Positions 52,401 through 64,000 of a stretch of DNA of 64,000 bases are shown here, one piece after another. Within the stretch, counting starts at the first letter, position 1. The number at the start of each line of letters is the position of its first letter. This DNA comes from Rotaria socialis (Eukaryota), in the NCBI GenBank assembly GCA_905331295.1, contig CAJNYD010000549.1, positions 1 through 64,000 of the forward strand, given 5' to 3'. Made by a program: the position numbers and the translations under genes. The notes under the pieces were generated by a model. That model did not search any database. It had not been told where the DNA came from and was given only the letters and a program-made list of their open reading frames with translations.

Positions 52401-54839
52401 AAAACGCCGTTAGTAATACCATTTAAACAATAACATTTGTCCATATGCAAAATAGCTAATCTTGTTTGTAATTCTTGACATACGGATAAACATAATTCAT
52501 GTGTTAGTTGAGTTTTTGATACTAATGCTGGTAAATCAAGTACGTATGGCTTACTAAAACAACTGACTTGAAATTTTTCAACAACCAATGTATTTGTGTC
52601 ACATAGAACATGCCTTGGTTTCGTACAGTTTTTCTTCAGCTGACTTATAATAGATGGTCGCTCTTCTTCTTCGGCTATTACACGTGATATAATCATACAT
52701 GTGTTATTTGAAGTTTTGTTGTCACTTGCATCAATTAATTGAAATTCATTGATGGCTTCATGATCGGGAAGAGATGTATCATTGCTATCCGTTAATTTTG
52801 CAGCTTCATCATAATAAAAACTTTTCATTGTTGTTGTTGCATCTGGATCTTTGTCATCTATATAAAGCAGAACAAACGTATCGTATGTTCGTTGTGAGAA
52901 AATGAAATATTTTCATACCACTATCAGGATCTGTATCCAGAAGAAAAAATCCAAGTCTAGCTTGCCATTCTGATACATATTTAACTATGTCACTTGTTGC
53001 TGTATTACTTAATTCACCTCCACCAACTGCACTAGCGCAACTGTTTCGTGCTTGCTCAATGGTTTTAGTTTCCTCTGAAATACGATAACATCGTCCGTTT
53101 AAATCAAACCAATCAGTAGGACAATATTTTATTTGCGGATTCACAGAAGCAATATAAGTTTTATTAGCTTCACTGTTTTTGGACGAATATTTATTAACTG
53201 AATCTGTTGTACATAAGCGATGCGAATATCGACTTACAAAAGATGACGATGGAACTTCAAGTAAGCAGCCTTTGTTTAAAATATAGCGGTAGGTTGACTG
53301 CCAACCATACGAAGATGAGCCTCTACGCCAACTATTTAAATTAGAATATGAGTATTCGTTATTGCGAGATGTTCCACCCCAGTAGTTACTCGAAGAATAA
53401 CTTGGACTTCCCAAATAAGATTTCAATTCAAGATCGGATTCTGTTGTTGTTGATAGTGTGCTGGTGCATTTCCATTTTCGGTCGACCACAACGTCCTCAT
53501 GAAATTCCATGGAAATAGTGGTACTATTCAATTCCAATTTACCTATCACTTTTAAGAAAACATCCCATGTTACAGTTCCATCATAGACATAACTAACTGC
53601 TGGTGGGTCACATGCACTATAAACAAATTTCTTTGTAGATACGCATTTTTTTAATTCTGGTATATAGGCGAAATCCACTGGACACGTGCCATTTATATCA
53701 TAGATAGCCCATACCCTTGAATTGTTCAATGAGCCACATTGATATTTAAGTGAAATTTTCGAACCTTCAAATGTATTATTGCAATAAAGATCGCATGCGG
53801 TACTTGGTAAACTTTGTATGTAATTTTTTCGGTCAAATTGTCTAATGTTTCTCAATACCATTATACATGAACATTTGCTGCTATCTTCATTGTAACCTAA
53901 AAATATGCTCGTTCATTAATTGTTTTGAAATAAACATTTCGTCATATGATAGATTGTTCTATTGAAACTAGACAAATCGAGGGGTGTCCAAGGACTGAGG
54001 ATTCGGAATTCCTCATCAGCTCCCCTACAGTTCCTTGCGTACTAAAGGTAAAAAATATGGAATATTCACGATAATTTTTGTTCTTACATTCATTTTCACT
54101 TGCAAAATTGTGAGCATCAATGATTTCATGCAAAAGTTATTTTTAAAACAGCAATATCGCGACTTTCATGACTGGTGGAACTGTGAGGGAACCTATGGTT
54201 GATTCTCATTTCCTCTAGGAATTATCACAGCGACACTGACATTCTTCGGCACATTAGGAATTCCTATTTCTCAGTCCTGGGACACTGCTGTTTAAAGAGA
54301 ATTAAATATCTACCTATCGATTTTGTTGTTACATTTTTATCTAAACATGCAGCAGCACATCGTTCTAATCTATTTAGAGATGACCGTGCAACAACGTCAG
54401 GTAACGTTATTTGTTCTATATCATAAATATCGGAAATTTTCCACAATTCGCATGCGGAAAATTTAATTTGATAATCAAACAAATGTCCATGTCGAGTAAA
54501 AAAATTATCTTCGACATATGCTGAATATGTTGATAAACCACCACATGTATTCAATGATTTTACTGAACGGTCAACCGGTTTTGCGCATGGTATTTTACAT
54601 AGGTCATCATTTTGTCGACTATAATGCATGAGGCCACCGCCAGCACAACGACAAACTGTGCTCTGTAGATAAATTACAGGTGTATCACATAGACGAAAAC
54701 ATAATGTTGGTTCCATAAATGAGCTTACGAAATAGCTATCATGAAATACTTGTGTATAACAGCCAACATAGTGATACGAACAATGAGCGAAGTAGTTTAT
54801 TGAAAGTATGATCAAAGTCGAGATCAATAAATGATACAT
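49453..54839 (-). CDS. Type I membrane protein with WSC-like and C-type lectin-like domains
   Basis: Signal peptide MYHLLISTLIILSINYFAHC; WSC-like YVGCY...CFRLC...CRC...C..PC...CGG; CTL-like CPTDWFDLNGRCY and DYCYKV....SWKDAQEEC; TM FAPLFLILTIAFLLILLGVISTVY; short tail with YSQL. Confidence 0.85.
53979..54290. mobile_element. Degenerate MITE in intron 1 of the WSC/CTL gene
   Basis: GTGTCCAAGGACTGAG...GGAATTCCT vs AGGAATTCC...CTCAGTCCTGGGACAC inverted repeats. Confidence 0.6.
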
Positions 54840-55901
54840 GGTATGTTAGGAGAAGAAGAAAAAAAGGACGACTGAATGAAATTGAATAGAAGCAAACAAA
54901 AGATGAAATTCGAGATGCATTTCAATCTATTCGATATCAAATATAAAGAAGTACAAGATTGATAAAGATAGATATAATTGTCTCATTTTGTTTTATGTAA
55001 TGATTCAACGTGCAATGAATTATCTTATCATTTCTATTTTCTTTTTTTTTTCTTTAGTGTAAATTCGATGAAAAATAAAGAACAACAAAGTGATTTTTTG
55101 CAATAAAAAGAATTTGAAATTTCTTTTCACTTATGTCTTGACGATGAAATATTGCTGTAACAATGTGAATCAAAATTATCACTTAGCAAAAAAAAGGAAA
55201 TTTTAAGTACTTGAAACTTTTTCTTTCATAACGATAAATTCATGGTGTAAAGGAAAGTACATCGTGTCCATATTTTTGGCCGGATACTTTTTCCGTTTTT
55301 TTCTATCAAAGGAAAAGATCATAAGATGTAAAAAAAAATAAGTTTCAGCACGTCCCAACATTTTTCTCTTCGGCACATCTCTGATAAACATATGAATGGT
55401 ATATTGATCAACGACAAAATAAGTAATTTTCCATGTATAGATGGCTTATCTTTATGCAAAGAAGATTAAGTTACTTGTATCGTGCTTCTTTTAATAAATT
55501 CTTTCGCATAAAAAGAGAACTTCCGAGCAGAATCGTCGCACCGGATAGAATCGAAGAGACTTCCATTAATTAATTAGTTTCTTTTTCTAGATTGGAACTG
55601 TAAATCTACTTGAAAAAAGGTAGCTGACGATTTTCAAAGGAGAGGCGTTGATATATTTTGTAGATTTTTAAAGCTTGAAAAATTTTATTTTAAGAACTTG
55701 AAATTATTCTTGCAGAAAAGTTATTCTTAATCAAATAGGTTAGTAAATATTTGTCAAATTAGCATTCGAAATTAAGATAGGATGTAAGAAAAAGAAATTT
55801 GTTTTATGAAATTGAGATTCATAGTACGAAACAGCGACTTATCGTGGAAAATCATATTGCTTTAGAATTAATTTTCAATAACTAGTAGATAAAACTATAT
55901 A

Positions 55902-56744
55902 CAGTAGAGGACAAAAGTCTCCACCCACCTAGATCTCAGCTATCACAAACACTCGAGGTCTGAAAACTTGTGTGTATATAATCTATCAAGAATATAGATC
56001 AGAGCTATGAGCTCATCCCAATTGCTCAAATACAGTCAGAACCACAATGAAGAGGACCGTTTTTGTTGCAACATTTTTGGCTTGAAAAAACTGTCTATGA
56101 AATTTTGCGATGCTTTTTATCAAATGCATAATTCATTCTGGCTATTTTACTGTATGACTGAAGCACGATGTAAGGTCTTTATCCACTCAAAAGATCATGT
56201 TATTCTCTATAAAATTGCTACCTCTGGAGATCTTTGAGTCCTTAGCGCCAACATAACTATGCATGGCACACTATTTCTCTTTGGACAGTACTTCAATCAT
56301 GAGACTTGCAAATAATTAATGTTCAGCTACAAGCAAACCTTCTGTAGAAGTTTAAGCTCAATTTATAGAAGAATCATTCAGTTATGCTTTAAAAAGTTTC
56401 AACGGGGAGTTTTCCGCTCTTCGAATAGTCACAGTAAATGACCACAATTCTAATAAGGATTTATGGGCTGCAATCAAATTGATAGGATAGATGTATAACC
56501 ATGAATTATGAGGAATTATTTGAACCATATGTAGCTCTTTCCTTTTGGAAATATATAGTTCAAAGGAAAAATAAGTGCTCTCCATTATCATCCGTCATAA
56601 TTTTCGTTTCATATTCACAATCGGAAGTAGATCATGGCTCTTATCTATATTCTTGATGGATTATCTGCACACAAGTTTTCAGACCTCCAGCGTTTGTGGT
56701 AGTTGAGATCTAGGAGGGTTGATGGAAACTTTTGTCCCCTACTA
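55902..56744. mobile_element. Tc1/mariner-like non-autonomous element
   Basis: ~110-bp TIRs (CAGTAGAGGACAAAAGT... / ...ACTTTTGTCCCCTACTA) flanked by TA/TA; no intact transposase. Confidence 0.8.
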
Positions 56745-57427
56745 TAACATAGTTATGCTATTTTTATAGCCCTCTATTTCTTTTTTTTATTATTGAAGTA
56801 GTTAAATGATGTTTCGTGAGTTCTATTAAAAATCTTGAAATAGAAGTTAGATGTTTTTATGAAAAAAGAAGTAAAAGCCGCACATGGCCGAAGGACAATA
56901 AAATCTAATTTCCACTTTACCCTGACATCAATAGCATTACTCTTCAAGTTTTTTTTATTTTTTTATTGAATCAATAACAAGCACCAGTAGTTTAATGTTA
57001 TCCGGTACAATTCATATTTTTCATCTTCAGTTCGTGTGAAGACCTTATACAAAAAACACTTTTCGATATTTGATATTTCTCATATTGCCTTCAACACATG
57101 TATGTTTTCTTTTCAATTAAAAAAAAATCATATTTCTATTTACTTCATCGACAAATTAATCATATTTATATATCATTGACATTGAATATATAAATCATCA
57201 TACTTTGTCTTAATGATTAGCTCCTTTTACATCAATGATGCGAGGTGACTAATCCGTTTAAAGAGAACACAGTAACATCACATAACCATATCAATCAGTC
57301 CTTTGAGATTTGAGTTTGATTGTCATTATTAACTAATCAATATGTATTTGTAATTTCTTCCTTTTCCAAATAACTACTGAAATAATATTTCAGAGCTGGG
57401 TATTATTTGAAAGAAGATCTCTTGCTT

Positions 57428-60400
57428 ATGATTTCAGGAGAAGAAAACAATCCGAGTTTTTTACTCCAGAAGATGGCTCTAGTATGCGCAATCTATGGAT
57501 ATTCTATCTCTTCGTATCGATTGGTTAATTAGATTTGTGTTTTTTTTTCTTTTTTTGTTCTTCTCTTTTTATCAGCCGTTTACACACTATTTTTTTTTCT
57601 TCTGTTCTGTTGTTTACTATTGTTTGTTTTTTCTTATTACTCTTACATATAATCCATTTCTCATTTAAAAACAAAAATCTTTTAGATTGTTCGATCAATG
57701 ACGTATTAAGAAAAATAAAATAGATTAAGAATGACATCAATACTATATGATTGAATGATATCTGTTTTATTCTAAACAGTTGATTGTGTATGTTGTTTTT
57801 AAAATTATGTCGACAATAGCGCAATCAGTTCAAGTATTTTTCTAATACAATTTGTTGTATTGAAATTTGCTCTTTTTTTAAAAAGGTACACATTGATCCA
57901 ACAGAAGATGAAGATACTGATGGAGTTGACATTGGTAAGAGATTTAGTTCTTTTTTTTTGAGATAGTAAATAACTTATGAATACTTTTTTTTGAAAAAGG
58001 TAAAAAACACAAGCTTGGACATTTACGTGTTGACATGCAAGGAAATGTTACATTTAAACGGCTACCTATAACACAACTTGTTGAAGCATTACAATTAGGC
58101 ATACAATATACGGTTGGTGGCCTTCAAGCAAAAGCTGCACATGATGTACTTTATCAGGATTTTCTTACTGTTGAAATAATACATTTTCCGAAGTAACGAT
58201 TATTTTCTCTGTTGAAAAACTAAGTTTTTGTTTTGTTTCTGTTAAATAGAGAGGGAACTAAAACAACACCTGCACATCATTTCAATGATTTTACCATACG
58301 TTCGTATGCTCCTGTCGCATTTCGACATTTTAGAGAATTATTTAATATAAAGCCAGATGAATTTTTAGTGAGAATTTTTATAGTCTATTTGGTTTCGTTA
58401 TTGATTTCTGTGTTTTGCTTTAGTATTCTATATGCAAGCCTTTAAGGGAATTAAAAAATCCAGGTGCAAGTGGAAGTTTATTTTATTTAACATCAGATGA
58501 TGAATTTATTTTAAAAACAGTACAGAAGAAGGAGGCCGAATTTTTGAAATGTCTCCTTCCCGGTTATTATATGGTTTGTGTTTTTAACATTTTTTCGTTA
58601 TATACGTGACTCTATGTTGTAGAATGTTACACAAAATCCGCGTACTTTACTGCCGAAATTTTTTGGCCTTTATTGCTATCAGGTATGAATAGAAATCTCT
58701 TTTAATTTGAATAATGTAAAGAGTTGGATTTTTTACTAGTAAAATAATCAAAAACCGAAAAACAGATTGAGAGAATAGATACAGATATTTATGTGTATAT
58801 AGGTCACAGAATTCATGCCAAATAAAAATAACGGATTCGTAAGTGAAAGCTTGTACAAGTAGGGATTTCTCTCTAGTTGATTGGTTCTTGTTTTTGTGTG
58901 TTTTATGGATAATAATGAAGAAGAAAAAAAAACGTTATTGAAACTGATCAACAAAAAGAAAACAGTTTGAAGTGATTTTAATATTTCTTTTTCCGTTTGT
59001 CGTTCAACCTATTTATGCGTAGAACGTATTGTTAGAATCTTGATGGATTAGTTCCCAAGCAGACAAACTTTTTCAAAAACGCGTTTAAACACTCAATCGG
59101 GAACCGCGATTGTGGGTCATTAACGCTCATTAATGAAACGCAAGAAACGCGTTTTTTACGCAGAATTCTCACTTTCCGAACGCGAAAACGCATAGAAACT
59201 CCAATTCCGAGCGTTTAAAGGAATTGGTTTTTAATTTATCGAAGAATTGTGCGGTTAAACGCTCGGAATTGGAGTTTTTATTCGTTCTCACGTTCGGAAA
59301 GCGAGAATTCTGCGTAAAAAACGCGTTTCTTGCGTTTCATTAATGAGCGTTAATGACCCACAATCGCGGTTCCCGATTGAGTGTTTAAACGCGTTTCTGA
59401 AAAATTTTGCCTGCTTGGGTTAGAGAAAACGACTTGATTTGCATATACGCATTAAAGTTATTTTTTTCTATATACTTTTCAAGTTGAATCAACCAGAAAT
59501 GAGATGATGGCATTCTTCGGCAAGGTGAAGGCTTCGATAACGCCTGTGTATTTTGCTTTGCTATATTAATTTTTCCTTTTAAATTTAAGTGTCTTGATTA
59601 TATTTTTATTTTTTAGGGTGATAATAAAAATATTCGCATAACTGTAATGAACAATTTAATTCCGTCTTATCTACAAATGCACGAAACCTATGACCTCAAG
59701 GGTTCAACATATAAACGTCGAGCTAATAGTGCAGAACGTCGTAAAGATTCTCCAACATGGAAAGATTTAGATTTTATGGAACGACATCCCGACGGTTTAT
59801 TACTTGACGTTGAAACCTATAATGCTCTTGCCAAAACTGTTCAACGAGATTGTCGAGTTAGTTAAATGAACAGAAATAATGAAAGAAAAAAAACGAACGC
59901 ATGCTTATTAATATTCTAGGTACTCGAAAGCTTTCGTATCATGGACTATTCATTTTTAATTGGCGTTCATCATGTTGATGCGTCGGCAGAATCTGGAGGA
60001 GTAAGTAATCAGAAGTTGTGTATGACATATTCAATTATCTTGTATGTTCAAGGATCGTGCAGCTGCAAATTTATTGCTTACACCTAGCGGTAAATAGAAT
60101 TGATTATGTTACAAAAAGAAAATCAATATTTGACTTTGCTTTTTTGCCTTCTAAAGAACAAACATCTGTACAACCAAAACGAATGATGTATTCAACTCCA
60201 ATGGATACTATTCAAGTTGAATTTGATGAACATAACAAACCTGATGATCATCTAGTCAAGTAAGTTCGTTTGTTTTGTTTTCCTCCTACACATCTCTCTC
60301 TCTCTCTAATAATTTGAATACACATCGTGAAGTATTCACAATTGTTGAGTTATATGATAACGAGTAGCAGTGGAGAATAGAAGAAGAAGAAGAAGAAGAA

Positions 60401-60596
60401 AGCGTTTATAAAAGAGATATGTAAATATAACTTTGGATTCATTATATAAGTTAATTGACTCTATTTATCTGGCTTCTAGCTTACCTGGATTTTTAAAAAT
60501 AACCTCATCTATCACTATTACGTGTTATAATAAATAAAAATAACTTCCTCCTGTAATCATTTTAAAAGCTTTATTTAGACCTAGTTTTTAATCACG

Positions 60597-60632
<36 letters not shown>

Positions 60633-63600
60633 CAAACATTCATTAGCTATTGTTGCATTTACGAAAGCAACACCCGTAGGTCCTGAGAGTAACAACTAGA
60701 CAAAATAATTAGCCTAGAGAAGTCTAGAAAATAACTAAAAATCTAATTCAGGAAACTTAATAAACTCTTCTAATCAGGTATGACGTCTCAAACTAGAGTT
60801 AGTAATAGTTCTGTCTTAAAATATTCCCATAACTTTTTGATAAAGTCATACTACGAATTTTAGTATTTCATTAACACTTACGCGAACGAGTCGATAGAAT
60901 AAGAGAAATTTTCATTTGTTCATATAATATCGTTATATTTGCAAAACATTCAATGCAATAGAATCATATATTTACAAATTAAGATCTGTGACAAATGACG
61001 TAGGAACTATGATTTTTATCAAACATTCGGTACTCTGATTGCCGTGATCTAATCGCTCGCAAATCAAAAGAGTTTCTTTGACGTTTAAGCGCATTCAGAT
61101 TTTGTTTTTGAAAAGAATTTTTTAGTCACATAATTTTTCATTCTTTCAGGAGTGGTGGTATTCCAGCTCGAACTGCTCAAGGTCAACGACTATTACTTTA
61201 TGTTGGTATAATTGATATCTTACAATCTTATCATATACGTAAAAAATTAGAACATACATTTAAATCCGTTCTTACTGATGGGGTAAGACTTATTACTGAG
61301 TTATTCGATAAATCGATTTTTCTTTTATTTTCTAAATTCTTCTAGAATCAAATATCAGTAACAAATCCAAGTTTTTATTCAGAAAGATTTCAAAAATTTC
61401 TCTTTTCAACTGTGTTTAAAAAAGCACCACGTAAATATCAGATTTTAATTTTTTCCTTTTTTCGGTTTAGTTCTTCTTTAAAACTAAATTTAGCTAATCT
61501 ATCTGAGGATCAAATTTGTAAGTTGAGTTGATTTATAATACCGTTTTTTTATCTTTGTATGATTGATTATTACTGATTAATTTGATTGTCTAATAACAAT
61601 TGTCGAAATTTTTTTCATCCATCTTAGGTGATAATGCCAAAAAATTCCGTACTATTGCATTACTTGGTAAAAGGAAAAAAAGATAATTGTTGTCTGTTTA
61701 TTTCATTGCTGTGTACTCGTCATATTGTTTATTGTTGTTTTATTATTATTTTTTTTCTTTTTCGCGAAAGTACAGCGAAAACTATAGGAGATGAAGGGAA
61801 TCGAGATTTGAAATGATTTCATATAGAATGTATGCATGTCTATTTGTTTTGTTTGTGTGTATATAATGCTTTATGATGGTTGCATCTAGAGGAAGACTTT
61901 TTCAAAAATAATTTAACGAATCTTTCTTTTTCTTTGAATTATAGCTCTACGAGAATCACCCGTTAAACGCCGATCAAGATTATCAAAAATGCTTCAAACA
62001 CCCGAACCAGACAAAGAAATAATACACACGCCAACCATCATGAAAAATACTCGAGATGGTGCAAATACATCACCTATTGCAAGACGCTCATTTGAGATAA
62101 CTCCATTTCATTTACATCAATCAGCTGCTAGGTATTTAAATTTATTATTAGTAGAATGAAGTTATTATTTTGTGTGGCGTGTATTGATTATAAACAAAGA
62201 GTTCTAATTAGATATGCGCAAAATAATTTCAGACTCGATGGAGTAAAGAAATCGGTTGCACTTGCTAATATGTAGTTATAATCGATGCGGAAAAAGAACG
62301 ACACAACAGGAGACTGGTCGCCAATTTAGATCTATTGATAGCGATAGTTTTTGTAGAAATATTGACAGAAAAGGGCAACTCAATCTTTTCTGATTAGAAC
62401 TTAAGACGGTTGGACGCGCCCGAGATCATAACAAATGAGTGTAATTAAATATGCTAAGAATATTATATTACGAATTAAAACATAATTCAGAAAAACTAAC
62501 CTAACCCCCAATTCACAGAATGATTATTGAAGAATTTTGAAGATGTCATACCGATAAAATAGGAATAGAGTTACTTTTGACATTCTTATGTAGAATTGTC
62601 GTCGAACGAAAATTTAAGCTTTGCCTCTCGCACATATTCATAAGAGAGCATCTTGTTCTCGGAAAAATTATCATAGAAAAATCGCTGATTTTAGCTCTTC
62701 TCGTTAACGAACGACGAAAGAAAAGCTAGCTACATCTCGAATATCTCTTCAACAAATATTTATAGGTCAAAATAACTTACGAACATATTTTCTTTTTCTA
62801 TTCATTAGTTCACCAAAGCCAACAGCAAATGCAAAAGCTTATCGTAATAATATGCCTCTCTATGCAAGTCCAACTTCCAGCACAGGAACTCGAGTAGCAA
62901 ATAGTTATATAACGTCCTATTGCTCCTCGTCGCCATCGGCACGCACGAATACATTTATGCGTAGACCAGATAGTGAGAATAATAAACATGATAGTTCAAC
63001 AACAATTTATTCAAGTTCACATCAATCAGATTCTTTATATAATGAACCAACAAAACGACATGCAGCTAAAATTGTAACAACATCATTTAATCATCGAATG
63101 AAAACAATGCATAGTCCATCGTACAATCGAAAGGCTACGCGAACATCATCGGTTCATCAAGACAATGATGGTCAAGTACCGCGTCAGATTTTATTACCTA
63201 TCGGTGGCGGTATTGTAGGAAAATTAGCTTCATCAGCGACGAATTTATCTTACCGTAATTGACTATATCTATTGAGAATTGTTTTCAGCTAAAACCAAAA
63301 CTTAATTTTATTCTAGATGACAGTTGCCTGCACCCTTCACCAAAACAGCGTCGTAATCCATCAGGAAGTGTCATTAATGATGAAATGGTAATTATTTTCT
63401 CATTTTATAACTATTTCTGCTGATTTTCCTTTGCTTCAATTTTATTTTTCTCGCTATACGTATATCATTTGGTGATATAGAATAATTAAATTTTCTTTTC
63501 TTTTAACCTTTTTATATAGACTGACCCCTATATTATTCGGGTTAGTATTAAAGAAAAACCATCATCTAATATATACTCATTACTATTGCACTTTATTAAA

Positions 63601-63774
63601 AAAAAACAAGGTCTAATTAGTGTGATACACTCTAACACTTGCATGCGATAAACTTTTTCTACTTCATTCACTATTCGTTTGAAATATCAACACAAACAAT
63701 TATTATTATTATTATTATTATTCTATTATTAATAGCTTTTCTTTTTCTATTTCTTTATTTAGACTCGACTTTGA
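57428..63774 (+). CDS. PIP5K1: Phosphatidylinositol-4-phosphate 5-kinase type I, multi-exon; N- and C-terminal exons tentative
   Basis: [67 protein letters not shown], and activation loop KKLEH (type I signature). Confidence 0.93.
59054..59419. mobile_element. Foldback MITE (CCC...GGG, TT flanks) in a PIP5K intron
   Basis: ~165-bp near-perfect inverted arms (59054-59218 / 59255-59419) around a ~36-nt spacer. Confidence 0.9.
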
Positions 63775-64000
63775 TACAAACAGATTCGTACATAAACATT
63801 CCTTATAGCTAAGCCGCAAAAAAGAGTTTGATCGTATCGATCAACCTCTTTTCTTTTTTTTATTATATATTCTTTTTATTCTCATTGTATATATATATAT
63901 ATATATTCGTCAGTCATGTATTTCAAATTTATAAAAGCTCGTTTATTTCTGATTTTACTACCAATGAAAAAGATGATACTATTTCCTTTTCTTTTCATAC

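Overview
AT-rich eukaryotic genomic scaffold with short GT-AG introns and no prokaryotic organisation. Gene style and TGTGGG-type hexamers are consistent with a bdelloid rotifer, but this is an inference. Bases ~1-25.4 kb are a transposon-dense compartment: nested hAT, CACTA/EnSpm-like and MULE elements, MITEs, a tRNA-derived SINE and a LINE 3' end. One minus-strand gene appears to thread through it: signal peptide, Cys-rich domain, Thr linker, then at least 7 cysteine-poor LCCL domains, with a ~15 kb intron. Bases ~25.9-64 kb are gene-rich: TBL1X/TBL1XR1 (ebi), a >2,000 aa mostly disordered protein with a 4x repeated motif, a WSC/C-type-lectin membrane protein, and a type I PIP5K. The most unusual signals are (1) arrays of ~25-nt non-coding micro-exon-like units separated by ~45-nt intron-like units inside two different CACTA-like elements, and (2) a MULE inserted into a coding exon whose own terminus supplies an in-frame replacement splice acceptor. 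All exon models were read by hand and have no transcript support.
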